Positions 1 through 10,244 of a stretch of DNA of 64,000 nt are shown here, piece by piece. Where the stretch lies: positions 2,009-66,008 of the forward strand of contig JANYLM010000086.1 of NCBI GenBank assembly GCA_025357835.1, in the 5' to 3' direction. Origin of the DNA: Gammaproteobacteria bacterium (GTDB taxonomy: Bacteria; Pseudomonadota; Gammaproteobacteria; Steroidobacterales; Steroidobacteraceae). The notes under the pieces are model-generated. The model was given only the letters and a program-made list of their open reading frames with translations. It was not told the origin of the DNA and did no database searches. Each line of letters opens with the position of its first letter. The stretch's first letter is position 1. The position numbers and the translations under genes were made by a program.

Positions 1-1
1 T

Positions 2-2152
2 TCTACGGCCACCGCGGGCGCCGGGTTGATATTGGCGCTGACTCTCCCCGGGCGTGCAGGTAACGCCGTGCCCGCTGCGAACTCCAAAGCCGTGGCGCGC
101 GCGGCCGGTGCGGCGGTGCCCGGCGCCATGGACGGAGCTGCATTAGCGGGCAGCCAAATAAATGCCTGGTTGCGGATAGCCCGCGACAATTCCATCACCA
201 TCGTTGTCGATCGCTCTGAGATGGGCCAGGGTGTTTACACGGCGCTGCCGATGCTGCTGGCCGAAGAACTGAACATCGATTTCAATGTGATTCGAGTCGT
301 GGCCGCGCCGGTGGGCGATGCCTACGTTAGCCCCGGCAACGGCGGACAAATTACGGGCACGAGCAATAGCATCCAGGAGTCCTGGGAAAAGCTGCGCAAG
401 GCGGGTGCAACCGCGCGCACCCTGCTGGTCTCGGCCGCCGCCAAGCGCTGGCAAGTCGATCCGGCGCAGTGCCAAGCCAAGAACGGCACGGTGGTCAACG
501 CCCAGGGCCAGGCACTGACCTACGGCGAACTCGCCGACTCGGCCGCGAAGTTGCCGGTTCCGACGGATGTGAAACTAAAGCCCAAAAATAGTTTCCAAAT
601 CATCGGCAAGTCGCGGGCGCGCATCGATACGCCCGGCAAAGTCGACGGCAGCGCCGAGTTCGGCATCGACGTCAAATTGCCCGGAATGCTGTATGCCGCG
701 CTGGCGCAAAGCCCCGTACTGGGCGGCAAGGTGAAGGCCCTCGATTCGGGCGCCGCGGAGAAAATGCCGGGTGTGCGCAAAGTGCTGATCACCTCCAGCG
801 GTGTCGTGGTGGCGGCGGAGCATTTCTGGCAGGCCTTGAAGGCGCGTAAGGCATTGACGATCACTTGGGACCCGGGTGCCAATGTGCAACTCGACAACGC
901 CGCCATCCACGCCTTACTGAAGAAAACCGCCGCGGCAGGCGCCGGTCTATCGGCACGCGCCGATGGTGATGTGGAGACTGCACTCAAGTCAGCGAAACAG
1001 CACTTAAGTGCTGCCTACTACTTGCCGCTCCTGGCACACGCGTGCATGGAGCCGATGAATTGCACCGCCGATGTCAAAGCGAATGGCTGCGATTTATACG
1101 TGGGCACGCAGGTGCAGCAGGTCTCGCAGATTACCGCCGCCACGGCGGCAGGGTTACTGCCAGCCCAGGTGCGGGTCTTTACCACGTTACTCGGCGGCGG
1201 CTTCGGCCGGCGTTTGGATGTCGATTTCATTCCCGCGGCGGTCGAGGCATCCAAGGCACTCGGAGTGCCTGTCAAGGTGATTTGGACGCGCGAAGATGAC
1301 ATGACCCACGATACTTATCGTCCGCCCGCGTACGAAGAATTGAGCGGCGGCCTCGACGCCGCCGGCAAGCTCATTGCCTGGAAATTGCACATCACCAGCC
1401 CGTCCATCACCGCGCGTATGTTTCCACCCGTCAAAGGGGTGGACGACTCGGTGATCGAGGCGGCGGTCAACAATCTCTACGATGTTCCGAACCTAGCGGT
1501 AAGCTACTCGCGCCAGGAAATCGGTATCGATGTGGGCTACCTGCGTTCCGTGAGTCATGCGGCCAATTGTTTTGCGATCGAAAGCTTCATGGACGAGCTG
1601 GCCGTTGCCGCCGGCAAGAACCCCTACGATTTCCGCGTGCAGCAGCTCGCCAAGAAACCGCGTCAACGGCGTGTGCTGCAGCTGGCCGCCGAACGCTCCG
1701 GATGGGGCAAGCCGCCTCCGGGCCGCTACCACGGCATTGCGCTGATGGAGGGTTATACGACTCATTTGGCGCAAGTAGCGGAAATCTCAGTCGCCAACGG
1801 CGAACTCAAGGTGCACAAAATCACCTGTGTCGTGGATTGCGGTCAGATGGTCAATCCACGCATCGTCGAATCGCAAATGGAAAGCGGCATCGTCTTCGGT
1901 CTCAGCGCCGCTCTGTGGGGCGAGATCACCCTCGTGGGCGGACAAGTGCAGCAAACCAATTTCAACAACTACCGGCTGCTGCGCAACAACGAGCTACCCG
2001 AGCTCGATGTATATCTTGTGGACAGCGATGAACCACCCGGCGGCATCGGCGAAGCCGCCGTGCCCTTGGTCGCGCCCGCGCTATGCAACGCCATATTCGC
2101 CGCTACAGGAAAGCGTCTGCGGGAATTGCCCATCGCAGCGCACAAGCTGTGA
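2..2152 (+). CDS. Molybdopterin-binding large subunit of an aldehyde oxidase/xanthine dehydrogenase-family enzyme (isoquinoline 1-oxidoreductase beta / membrane-bound aldehyde dehydrogenase-like); 5' end lies outside the window
   Basis: The ORF at 26..2152 stays open back to base 2. The upstream residues STATAGAG plus LILALTLPG look like the hydrophobic part of a Tat signal whose RR motif is off-window. Family-typical blocks are present: DRSEMGQGVYT, ACMEPMNCTA, LGGGFGRR, PGGIGEAAVP. Confidence 0.85.
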   Translation, partial: STATAGAGLILALTLPGRAGNAVPAANSKAVARAAGAAVPGAMDGAALAGSQINAWLRIARDNSITIVVDRSEMGQGVYTALPMLLAEELNIDFNVIRVVAAPVGDAYVSPGNGGQITGTSNSIQESWEKLRKAGATARTLLVSAAAKRWQVDPAQCQAKNGTVVNAQGQALTYGELADSAAKLPVPTDVKLKPKNSFQIIGKSRARIDTPGKVDGSAEFGIDVKLPGMLYAALAQSPVLGGKVKALDSGAAEKMPGVRKVLITSSGVVVAAEHFWQALKARKALTITWDPGANVQLDNAAIHALLKKTAAAGAGLSARADGDVETALKSAKQHLSAAYYLPLLAHACMEPMNCTADVKANGCDLYVGTQVQQVSQITAATAAGLLPAQVRVFTTLLGGGFGRRLDVDFIPAAVEASKALGVPVKVIWTREDDMTHDTYRPPAYEELSGGLDAAGKLIAWKLHITSPSITARMFPPVKGVDDSVIEAAVNNLYDVPNLAVSYSRQEIGIDVGYLRSVSHAANCFAIESFMDELAVAAGKNPYDFRVQQLAKKPRQRRVLQLAAERSGWGKPPPGRYHGIALMEGYTTHLAQVAEISVANGELKVHKITCVVDCGQMVNPRIVESQMESGIVFGLSAALWGEITLVGGQVQQTNFNNYRLLRNNELPELDVYLVDSDEPPGGIGEAAVPLVAPALCNAIFAATGKRLRELPIAAHKL

Positions 2153-2167
2153 ATGCGACTCGCCGCC

Positions 2168-2344
2168 TCAGTTGTTTTCCCCAGGACCGTATTTGGCGCG
2201 CCATTCCTCGCGTGCCCGCCTACGTATCTCCTCAAGGCGCATGGACGATTCTTGCTGGCGCAAATTCTGCCATGCAGTTCTAGCGTTGAGCCGCTGCTCT
2301 TCGAGGCTGAGTTTCGGTGCGAGCCTGCGGATTGAAGGACGCAC
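2168..2344 (-). CDS. Hypothetical small ORF (58 aa, GTG start), very uncertain
   Basis: Hand translation, not in the supplied track: VRPSIRRLAPKLSLEEQRLNARTAWQNLRQQESSMRLEEIRRRAREEWRAKYGPGENN*. It overlaps the 3' end of ORF 2280..2696 in another frame. No family recognised. Confidence 0.15.
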   Translation of the reverse strand: MRPSIRRLAPKLSLEEQRLNARTAWQNLRQQESSMRLEEIRRRAREEWRAKYGPGENN

Positions 2345-2564
2345 CGTATAGCGCTTGGGCGGCGGTCAACGCCATCGGCAGGGTAATTCCTCCTTTGGTG
2401 ATCAGCGTATCGATCTCGATGTAGTCTTTCGCTTCCGGGCGCACCTGAACGACTGATACCTTGGTGCCGGCGAGATCGAGAAGGGAGGCGATCTTAAGGC
2501 CATTGTCGTCGCTTACAACTGGCGAAACGAGACGCGGCAATTTTGGCACTCCAAAGAACGACAC
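2280..2564 (-). CDS. Hypothetical small protein (about 94 aa if the GTG at 2564 is the start)
   Basis: The part of ORF 2280..2696 downstream of the tex stop reads VSFFGVPKLPRLVSPVVSDDNGLKIASLLDLAGTKVSVVQVRPEAKDYIEIDTLITKGGITLPMALTAAQALYG.... The listed N-terminus overlaps tex and is Arg/Pro-rich read-through. No family recognised. Confidence 0.2.
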   Translation of the reverse strand: MSFFGVPKLPRLVSPVVSDDNGLKIASLLDLAGTKVSVVQVRPEAKDYIEIDTLITKGGITLPMALTAAQALYGASFNPQARTETQPRRAAAQR

Positions 2565-2577
2565 CGCGACTCGACCT

Positions 2578-4926
2578 TCAACCGCTACGCTTGAACGCGT
2601 TGGCCAGCGCCTCTGCCATGGCGCCGCCGCCTTGGGGCTGCGGCCGTTCCCGAGGAGCGCGCGCTGCCGGTCGGGACTCGTGCTTCTGTGCCGCACCCAT
2701 ATCGCGAGGCCGCGCCGCTTGCTCGTCGAGCCGCATGGTCAGTGCGATGCGTTTGCGCTTCTCGTCGACCTCCAGCACCTTCACTTTGACGACGTCGCCG
2801 GCTTTCACGATTTCACGTGGGTCCTTGACGAATTTGTTCGACAGCATGGATATATGCACCAATCCATCCTGGTGTACGCCGATGTCGACGAAGGCGCCGA
2901 AGTTGGTTACGTTGGTTACGGTGCCTTCGAGAATCATGCCGGGCTTCAGATCCTTGATCTCTTCTACGCCTTCCTTGAACTCGGCGGTCTTGAATTCGGG
3001 TCGTGGATCGCGGCCGGGCTTTTCGAGTTCGGCAATAATGTCGCGCACGGTCGGCAGTCCAAAGCGCTCATCGGTATAGTTCGACGGCTGCAGTTTTTTG
3101 AGCGTCGCTGAGTCGCCGATCAGTTCGCGTGCCGGGCGCTTTAGTTCGGCTAGGATTCGCTCGACGACGGGATAAGCTTCCGGGTGGACCGCCGACGCAT
3201 CGAGGGGATTCTCGCCTTGCATGACGCGCAGAAATCCGGCGGCCTGTTCGAAAGTCTTGGCGCCCAGGCGCGGCACCTTCTTCAATGCTTCGCGCGAGGC
3301 GAAAGTGCCGTGTTCATCGCGATGTCGCACGATGTTTTCGGCCAGAGCGGAAGAAAGTCCGGAAATGCGGGCGAGCAGTGCAGACGATGCCGTGTTGACG
3401 TCGACGCCCACCGCGTTGACGCAATCCTCGACAACGGCATCCAGGCTGCGCGCCAGTCGAGTCTGCATCACGTCATGCTGGTACTGGCCGACGCCGATAG
3501 ATTTTGGGTCGATCTTAACCAGTTCGGCCAGAGGGTCCTGCAAGCGTCGTGCAATCGACACGGCTCCGCGCAAGGTCACATCCAAGGCCGGAAATTCCGC
3601 TGCGGCCAGAGCGGACGCCGAATACACCGATGCACCGGCCTCCGACACCACCACTCTTGTGAGCTTCAGCTCCGGATGCTGTTTCATCACCTCGCCGGCC
3701 AGCTTGTCGGTTTCGCGCGAGGCGGTGCCGTTGCCGATGCTTATCAGATCCACCGCATGCTTCTTGGCCAGCATGGCGAGCGCCTTGAGTGTCCCCTCCC
3801 AGTCGTTGCGCGGCACATGCGGATATACCGTGGCCGTTTCCAGCAGCTTCCCGGTGCGATCGACGATGGCGACTTTCACGCCGGTGCGCAGTCCCGGATC
3901 GAGTCCCATGGTGATGCGCGGGCCGGCAGGGGCTGCGAGCAATAGATCGTGAAGATTGTGTGCGAAAACGCTGATCGCTTCCTGTTCGGCGCGCTCGCGC
4001 AAATCCGCCAGCAGCTCGGATTCCATTTGCCAGCATAGTTTGACCTGCCAGGTCCAGTGCGCGGTCTGCAGCAGCCAGGCGTCCGCTGCGTGTTTGCGAT
4101 CGGCAATATTGAAACGTGCGGCGACCTTCATTTCGCAGGTATTGAACGAGCCCGCGGGAGCCGAGTCCGCGATGTCTTCGGGAAGCTTGAGTGAGATCTT
4201 CAGCATCTCTTCCTTGCGTCCCCGAAACAAGGCGAGTGCGCGATGCGGCGGCACCGCCCTGAACGCCTCCTGGTAGTCGAAGTAGTCGCGAAATTTGGCA
4301 CCGGCCTCTTCCTTGCCTTGCGCCACCGTTGAGACCAGTATGGCGTTGGCCTGCAAGTGCGCGCGCAAATTCGCCAGCAATTCGGCATCTTCGGCAAACT
4401 GCTCCATCAGAACCTGGCGTGCACCTTCCAATGCTGATTTAACATCCGGCACACCGGGGTTATCGCCCTGTTCGGTGCTGAACGCAGGCTTGAGATACTT
4501 GGCTGCTTCGATTTCCGGACCGAGCCTGTGATCGGCCAGCAGTGCGGCCGCGAGCGCTTCGAGCCCGGCTTCGCGCGCAATCTGCGCCTTGCTGCGGCGT
4601 TTCTGCTTGTACGGCAGATATAGATCTTCGAGCCGCTGCTTGGTGTCGGCGGACTCGATCGTGGCACGCAGCGACGGGGTCAGCTTGCCTTGCTCCTCTA
4701 TACTCGCGAGAACGGTCGTCCGCCGCTCTGCCAGTTCGCGCAGATAAATCAACCGCTCCTGTAGATTGCGCAGCTGAGTGTCGTCGAGGCCCCCGGTGGC
4801 CTCCTTGCGATAACGTGAAATAAAGGGCACCGTGGCGCCTCCATCAAGGAGTGCGACAGCCGCCGTGACTTGCTGCACGGTGGCGGAGAGTTCCCGGGCG
4901 ATACGAGGTACAACTGAAGTGAGCAT
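2578..4926 (-). CDS. tex: Transcription accessory protein Tex (S1 RNA-binding domain protein)
   Basis: Start re-set to the ATG at 4926 ([14 protein letters not shown]...). The hallmark [17 protein letters not shown] is present, along with the YqgF/HhH middle region and a C-terminal S1 domain ([31 protein letters not shown]). The 120 upstream codons of the listed ORF are junk-like. Confidence 0.95.
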   Translation of the reverse strand: MLTSVVPRIARELSATVQQVTAAVALLDGGATVPFISRYRKEATGGLDDTQLRNLQERLIYLRELAERRTTVLASIEEQGKLTPSLRATIESADTKQRLEDLYLPYKQKRRSKAQIAREAGLEALAAALLADHRLGPEIEAAKYLKPAFSTEQGDNPGVPDVKSALEGARQVLMEQFAEDAELLANLRAHLQANAILVSTVAQGKEEAGAKFRDYFDYQEAFRAVPPHRALALFRGRKEEMLKISLKLPEDIADSAPAGSFNTCEMKVAARFNIADRKHAADAWLLQTAHWTWQVKLCWQMESELLADLRERAEQEAISVFAHNLHDLLLAAPAGPRITMGLDPGLRTGVKVAIVDRTGKLLETATVYPHVPRNDWEGTLKALAMLAKKHAVDLISIGNGTASRETDKLAGEVMKQHPELKLTRVVVSEAGASVYSASALAAAEFPALDVTLRGAVSIARRLQDPLAELVKIDPKSIGVGQYQHDVMQTRLARSLDAVVEDCVNAVGVDVNTASSALLARISGLSSALAENIVRHRDEHGTFASREALKKVPRLGAKTFEQAAGFLRVMQGENPLDASAVHPEAYPVVERILAELKRPARELIGDSATLKKLQPSNYTDERFGLPTVRDIIAELEKPGRDPRPEFKTAEFKEGVEEIKDLKPGMILEGTVTNVTNFGAFVDIGVHQDGLVHISMLSNKFVKDPREIVKAGDVVKVKVLEVDEKRKRIALTMRLDEQAARPRDMGAAQKHESRPAARAPRERPQPQGGGAMAEALANAFKRSG

Positions 4927-5000
4927 GGTTACCGTAGGACTGATCGAAGGGTGCGCACTATGCAGAATCCGCTGCCGCGAGACAAGTCGTGATGCGAAAG

Positions 5001-5276
5001 CTACCTGCAGCAATGGCCATCGGTAAACAGAAGCTTCGCTACCGCCGGTACCGCGATGCCGAGAAAAATGCCGATGGGAATCAGCGACCAGAGGATTTCT
5101 GTGAACCGGCTGCGCATGCGCGTCGCGATGCCATCGCCATCCGATTGGCGGAACGCAATGGCGGAATAAATCATCGCCGCACAGACCGCAACGGTAATCG
5201 CAGCGCAGCCCCAGATGACGATCAGCACGGCTCGGCAGTTGACAGACGCGGCGGCCGCGCCGAAGTCGATTGACAT
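5001..5276 (-). CDS. Small membrane protein equivalent to the two-helix transmembrane hairpin of cytochrome c oxidase subunit II, with no cupredoxin domain
   Basis: The ATG at 5276 overlaps the subunit-IV stop (TGATG). The 91-aa product MSIDFG...[15 protein letters not shown]...[27 protein letters not shown] aligns with the CoxB TM region in this window (VMIYALVKFRRSQG...VEIIWTIIPVVILVVMAIPAAKVIL). It stops where the CuA domain would begin. Confidence 0.6.
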   Translation of the reverse strand: MSIDFGAAAASVNCRAVLIVIWGCAAITVAVCAAMIYSAIAFRQSDGDGIATRMRSRFTEILWSLIPIGIFLGIAVPAVAKLLFTDGHCCR

Positions 5277-5623
5277 CACCGCGCAAATGCTCCCCAGCGA
5301 GTCACGAAGGTATGGGTCCCTTCGATCGCCATCAGGCCTATCAGGATCAACAAGCACAAGGGCGGAATCAGAATCGCGAACTTGAGCGCTAGCCTTTCCC
5401 ACGCCATGTGCATGAAGATCGCCACGATGCAGCCTGCCTTCACCAGCATGAATAGGATGATCAGGGTCCAGCGTAGAAGGCCGTGAAGATTAAAGTAGTC
5501 GACGAGGTACGAGAAGGTGCTGAAGATGAACAACAGCGCCCAAATCCACAAATAAATGCGAATCGGATGTTGCTGGCCTTCCGTGTGCTCTTCGACGGGT
5601 TTGGGTGCGTTTACATCGTTCAT
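5276..5623 (-). CDS. Cytochrome c oxidase subunit IV (prokaryotic CoxD/CyoD-like small subunit)
   Basis: 115 aa with three predicted TM helices ([64 protein letters not shown]). It sits directly after the subunit III genes. Confidence 0.8.
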   Translation of the reverse strand: MNDVNAPKPVEEHTEGQQHPIRIYLWIWALLFIFSTFSYLVDYFNLHGLLRWTLIILFMLVKAGCIVAIFMHMAWERLALKFAILIPPLCLLILIGLMAIEGTHTFVTRWGAFAR

Positions 5624-5632
5624 GCTTCCTCC

Positions 5633-6319
5633 CTACCACAGATAAAACAGCGCGAAGATAAACACCCACACCAGATCGACGAAATGCCAGTACAGCCCGG
5701 CGACCTCAACCGTTTCGTAAGTGCCTTTGCGATCGTAGAAGCCGGTCCAGACTCTGCGGGCGACGACGCTGAGATAGATCACGCCGGCCGACACGTGCAA
5801 GCCGTGAAAACCGGTGATCATGAAAAACGACGAGCCGAACTGCGCCGCGCCCATCGGATTGTGCCAAGGGCGCACGCCCTCATGGACTATGAGCTTGGTC
5901 CATTCGAATGCCTGCATGCTGACGAAGGTGGCGCCCAATGCCGCGGTTGCCAGCATCAGGGCCGTCGTTTTGGCGCGGTTACGCCGGTAGCCATAATTCA
6001 CCGCCATGGCCATGGTGCCGCTGCTGGTGATCAACACCATGGTCATGATGGCGATGAGCAGCAGCGGAATGTCTTGGCCGCCGACGTGCAGGGCGAATAC
6101 CTTACTCGGGTTCGGCCAAGTCGCCGTGGTGGATATCCGTACATTCATGTACGACGTCAGGAAGCAGCTAAAGATGAACGTATCGCTGAGCAGGAAGATC
6201 CACATCATCGCCTTACCCCAGGGCACTGGGAACACCTGTTTGTCCCCCGACCAGTCTGCGGTGACGCCGTCCAGGCCTTCACTCGGGTGTTGACTGGTGA
6301 CCAATGCGTCTTGTGCCAT
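5633..6319 (-). CDS. Cytochrome c oxidase subunit III family protein (alternative oxidase; CoxP-like)
   Basis: Subunit-III signatures are present: FFMITGFHGLHVSAGVIYL and a C-terminal YWHFVDLVWVFIFALFYLW. Confidence 0.9.
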   Translation of the reverse strand: MAQDALVTSQHPSEGLDGVTADWSGDKQVFPVPWGKAMMWIFLLSDTFIFSCFLTSYMNVRISTTATWPNPSKVFALHVGGQDIPLLLIAIMTMVLITSSGTMAMAVNYGYRRNRAKTTALMLATAALGATFVSMQAFEWTKLIVHEGVRPWHNPMGAAQFGSSFFMITGFHGLHVSAGVIYLSVVARRVWTGFYDRKGTYETVEVAGLYWHFVDLVWVFIFALFYLW

Positions 6320-6337
6320 ACAAGAAATCCTCGGGCG

Positions 6338-7051
6338 TCAGGTAGACAGCAGCAAAGCGAACATCGCCAACCAGACCAGCAGCAAGAAATGCCAGTAGAC
6401 CGTACACAGCTCTATGCTCAAGCGCACGTCGATGAGCTCCACCGCGCGAGTTCGCGTACCGGGCCGCATGCGGACCATCGTCTTGAGCCACACGCCGAGT
6501 CCGCCGAGCAAGTGCAGGCCGTGCAAGGCCGTCAAAACATAAAAAAATGCGGCCGCGGGTCCGCTGGTCATCACCGTCCCAGAAACGCGCAATTGATGCC
6601 AGGCAAGCAACTGGCCGACCAGAAAAAATAGAGCGAATGCTCCACCGGCGAATAGATACCCGATGACTCTCTCGCGCTGCATGGAGATGGCGCGGCGCGC
6701 CATCTGCATGGCCACACTGCTCAGAATAAGCATGGCCGTATTGAGCCACAGAATGGGCGGTTTACCGATCGTATGCCAATCCGTGATGCCGTGAGCGGCT
6801 GCATGGCCATGTCCCATACGCATGAAGTAGGCGGAGAAGAACAGCGCGAACAATGAAGTGATTACCGCGAGAAACACCCACAGGCCGATGCGTGCCGGCG
6901 GCAGGCTTACCTCACCCACGTCGCCTCGGGTGTTGGGCCGCGGGCCGCTCGCTCCATGCCGCTCCCAGGATCGCGTGCGCAAGCGGCTGACTAGAAATAT
7001 CCATACGATCACGCCGCTTAGAAGTGCGCCGTAGGCAACCCAGATATTCAT
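6338..7051 (-). CDS. Second, divergent cytochrome c oxidase subunit III-like protein (CoxO-like)
   Basis: Contains FFYVLTALHGLHLLGGLGVWL and VYWHFLLLVWLAMFALLL. The ATG at 7051 lies 17 nt after the subunit I stop. Confidence 0.8.
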   Translation of the reverse strand: MNIWVAYGALLSGVIVWIFLVSRLRTRSWERHGASGPRPNTRGDVGEVSLPPARIGLWVFLAVITSLFALFFSAYFMRMGHGHAAAHGITDWHTIGKPPILWLNTAMLILSSVAMQMARRAISMQRERVIGYLFAGGAFALFFLVGQLLAWHQLRVSGTVMTSGPAAAFFYVLTALHGLHLLGGLGVWLKTMVRMRPGTRTRAVELIDVRLSIELCTVYWHFLLLVWLAMFALLLST

Positions 7052-7068
7052 TGCGGATCGCTCATGTC

Positions 7069-8826
7069 TTAGCCCTGCGCGTGTCCCATCGGCGTCAATG
7101 TGTCGGGCCGAACATTTTGCGGAATGAAATCCTCTTTAGCGCCAGGCACGCTGTAGTCGTATGCCCATCGATAGACCACGGGCAATTTTTCGCCCCAGTT
7201 GCCGTGCCGAGGCGGCGTGTCCTGGGTCTGCCATTCGAGAGTCGTCGCCCGCCACGGGTTGGCGCCGGCTGGCTTGCCTTTGAAAAACGACCAGACCAAA
7301 TTGAACAGAAATACCAGCTGCACGGCAGCGACGAACAGCGCGGAAATGGTGATCCATTTGTTCATCGTCCCCACCGAGGGCGGAATGAACTTGATGGCGT
7401 CGCTGTATGCGTAGTAGCGGCGCGGCACGCCGAGAATACCCAGGTAGTACATGGGCAGGTAGATCGCATAGGTGCCGAGGAAAGTGATCCAGAAATGTAT
7501 CCGGCCCAAGGTGTCGTTCAGCATGCGGCCCGTCATCTTCGGGTACCAATGGTAGAGAGCTCCGAACACCACGAGGATGGGCGATACGCCCATCACCAGA
7601 TGAAAGTGCGCGACGACGAAGTAAGTCGCGGACAGCGGCACGTCGACAGTCACATTGCCGAGAAACAGGCCCGTTAGCCCGCCATTGATGAAGGTAAAAA
7701 TGAAGCCGATGGCGAACAACATCGGCACCGTCAGATGAATGTCGCCGCGCCAAAGGGTCAGCACCCAGTTGTAGACTTTGATCGCCGTCGGAATGGCGAT
7801 GATGAGCGTGGTGGTGGCGAAGAAGAAGCCAAAATACGGATTCATGCCGCTGACATACATGTGGTGCGCCCACACGACGAAGCTCAGGCAACCGATAGCC
7901 AGAATCGCCCAGACCATCATGCGATAGCCAAAGATATGTCTCCTGGCATGCGTGCTAAGCAAATCAGAGACGATGCCGAAAGCCGGCAGCGCCACGATAT
8001 AAACCTCCGGGTGACCGAAGAACCAGAACAGGTGTTGAAACAGCAGCGGGCTGCCGCCGTTGTATCCCCTCGCCGGTTGCCCCATCGAGGAGATCGCCGG
8101 CATGAAGAAGCTGGTGCCGATCAGACTGTCCAACGTCATCATTACGGCAGACACAAACAAGGCAGGAAAGGCCAGAAGTCCCAGCACCGTCGCCATGAAA
8201 ATGCCCCACACCGACAGCGGCAACCGCATCATGGTCATGCCGCGGCAGCGGGCTTGCAGAACCGTGGTCACATAGTTCAGTCCACCCATCGTAAAAGCCA
8301 CGATGAATATGGCGAGCGACGCCAGCATGCAGATGATTCCCCAACTCGCTCCCGGCGTACCGGAGAGGATAGCTTGAGGCGGATACAAGGTCCAACCGGC
8401 GCCCGTCGGCCCGCCTGGAACGAAGAAGCCGGCCACCAGAACCAGCACCGCCAGCAGATACACCCAGTAACTGACCATATTCAAGTAGGGGAAAACCATG
8501 TCCCGCGCGCCGCACATCAGGGGAATGAGGTAGTTGCCGAATCCGCCCAGAAATAGCGCGGTGAGTAGATAGATCACCATGATCATCCCGTGCAGGGTGA
8601 TGAACTGGTAGTAATTCTGCGGCGCGATAAGTGAAAAGCTGTGCGGAAAGCCGAGTTGCAGGCGCATCAACACCGAAAGAGTGAGTGCGACCAAGCCGAT
8701 CAGTATCGCCGTGATCGTGTATTGAATGGCGATGACCTTGTGGTCCTGACACCAGATGTACTTGGTCAGGAAGGTCTGCGGCTCCGCATGTACGTGATCA
8801 CGGTCGGCGATTGCAGCGTATGCCAT
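7069..8826 (-). CDS. Cytochrome c oxidase subunit I (A-family haem-copper oxidase, alternative copy; CoxN-like)
   Basis: 585 aa with [34 protein letters not shown] and 12+ TM helices. It is a paralogue of the coxA at 17118..18713. Confidence 0.95.
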   Translation of the reverse strand: MAYAAIADRDHVHAEPQTFLTKYIWCQDHKVIAIQYTITAILIGLVALTLSVLMRLQLGFPHSFSLIAPQNYYQFITLHGMIMVIYLLTALFLGGFGNYLIPLMCGARDMVFPYLNMVSYWVYLLAVLVLVAGFFVPGGPTGAGWTLYPPQAILSGTPGASWGIICMLASLAIFIVAFTMGGLNYVTTVLQARCRGMTMMRLPLSVWGIFMATVLGLLAFPALFVSAVMMTLDSLIGTSFFMPAISSMGQPARGYNGGSPLLFQHLFWFFGHPEVYIVALPAFGIVSDLLSTHARRHIFGYRMMVWAILAIGCLSFVVWAHHMYVSGMNPYFGFFFATTTLIIAIPTAIKVYNWVLTLWRGDIHLTVPMLFAIGFIFTFINGGLTGLFLGNVTVDVPLSATYFVVAHFHLVMGVSPILVVFGALYHWYPKMTGRMLNDTLGRIHFWITFLGTYAIYLPMYYLGILGVPRRYYAYSDAIKFIPPSVGTMNKWITISALFVAAVQLVFLFNLVWSFFKGKPAGANPWRATTLEWQTQDTPPRHGNWGEKLPVVYRWAYDYSVPGAKEDFIPQNVRPDTLTPMGHAQG

Positions 8827-8857
8827 CAGAAACCCCTCTTAGAGCCTTAAGCTTCCG

Positions 8858-10210
8858 CTAAAGCGTATCGATATGGTGCAGCACGTCGTTGATGCCCTGC
8901 TCACCGTCCAGCACCTTCGCCATGGCCGCCATTTGCGCACCGTTGAAGTCCTGCGGATGACTGCCGCGCAGTCCCTGCTGGAAATACTGCAGCTGCCGCT
9001 TCATGTACCAATCGCTCATGTGCGACAGTCTGGGGGCATTGGTCGACCAAACTCCCTGGCCGGCACCGCCGTGGCAGGATGCGCAAGTTGCGTAGATCGC
9101 TCTACCTCGGGTGGGATCTCCGGACACCGTGCCCGCGGGATGCGTGTCCGGTAACGAGGCGATGTATGCGACGACATTTTTTATGGCGGCATCGTCGGCG
9201 AGGGTTGCGGCGAACGGCACCATTTGTTTTCCGTAGGTATCTTGCTCGGCGCCGCCGCGAACTCCCAGCTTGAAATCGCGCAATTGCCGCACCAGGTACC
9301 AACTCGCTTGGCCGCTCAACTTGGGCGCGTTCAATTGCGGATTCCCCTCCGCTTGCTGGCCGTGGCAGGCACTGCAAACCGCGTAGGACGCGCGGCCGGC
9401 CGCGGCGTCGCCGGCGGTCTCGGCTCGAGTCTGTGTATAAGTTGGTTGCCGGGCCAGCCAAGCCTGAAAAGCATCCGCCTCTTCCACTACAACGCGCCCG
9501 CGCATCGTGAAATGGGCCATCCCGCACAACTGCTCGCATAGCGCGTCGTAGGTACCAATGCGGGTAGGCGTGAACCAGAAGTAGGTGACCATGCCGGGCA
9601 CCATGTCCATTTTGACGCGAAACGCCGGTACGGCGAATTGGTGTAGAACATCCTTGGCGCGCGACAAAATTTTGACCGGCCGGCCGATGGGTAGATGCAG
9701 CTCAGCGCTCGATACCAAAATATCGTCCTGGCCCTTGGGGTCGTTTGGATCGATCGCGAATGGGTTGTCGATGCTTGCCAGGCGCACATCGGTGGTGCCG
9801 AGGACGCCGTCCTTGCCGGGAAAACGGTAGCTAAAATTCCATTGTTCGCCGACGACTTCGACCTCCGACGCATCGGGCGGCACGGTGACGAATCTGGCCC
9901 AGACCGCGAGGCCCGGGGCCAGCATGGCGGCGATGCCGACGGTTGTAACGCCGGTAAGCCACCATTCGAGCTTCTTGTTCTCCGGTTCGTAGTGCGCCTT
10001 CAGTCCCTTGCGATGCCGGTAACGAAGGACGCAATACGCCATGAACAGGTTGATTGCGATGAATACGATGCCGGTGACCCAGAACGTGATGTCCACCGTT
10101 TGATCCATCATGGCCCAATTGGACGCGATCGGTGTAAACCACCACGGGCTTAAGAAATGAAATAGGACCGTGCCGACAACCAAGAGGATCAATGCTATTG
10201 CAAATATCAT
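8858..10210 (-). CDS. Cytochrome c oxidase subunit II fused to a C-terminal dihaem cytochrome c (CoxM-like)
   Basis: N-terminal TM helices are followed by CuA ligands (HQFAVPAF ... CEQLCGMAHFTM) and then two CxxCH motifs (CSACHG, CASCHG). Confidence 0.9.
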   Translation of the reverse strand: MIFAIALILLVVGTVLFHFLSPWWFTPIASNWAMMDQTVDITFWVTGIVFIAINLFMAYCVLRYRHRKGLKAHYEPENKKLEWWLTGVTTVGIAAMLAPGLAVWARFVTVPPDASEVEVVGEQWNFSYRFPGKDGVLGTTDVRLASIDNPFAIDPNDPKGQDDILVSSAELHLPIGRPVKILSRAKDVLHQFAVPAFRVKMDMVPGMVTYFWFTPTRIGTYDALCEQLCGMAHFTMRGRVVVEEADAFQAWLARQPTYTQTRAETAGDAAAGRASYAVCSACHGQQAEGNPQLNAPKLSGQASWYLVRQLRDFKLGVRGGAEQDTYGKQMVPFAATLADDAAIKNVVAYIASLPDTHPAGTVSGDPTRGRAIYATCASCHGGAGQGVWSTNAPRLSHMSDWYMKRQLQYFQQGLRGSHPQDFNGAQMAAMAKVLDGEQGINDVLHHIDTL

Positions 10211-10244
10211 TGGCTAACCCTGTGAGAAAATTCACGAGGCGGGA

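Noticed and set aside
4927-5286. N-terminal extensions of supplied ORFs: tex to 5286, coxA to 18971, mrcA to 46552, SURF1 to 15417, bioD to 21035, ubiC to 25136, ridA to 27500, fadD to 59354, TonB receptor to 43025.
   Set aside because: The extensions overlap upstream genes or read as junk. Internal starts give canonical N-termini, sensible RBSs and ATGA/TGATG coupling with their neighbours.
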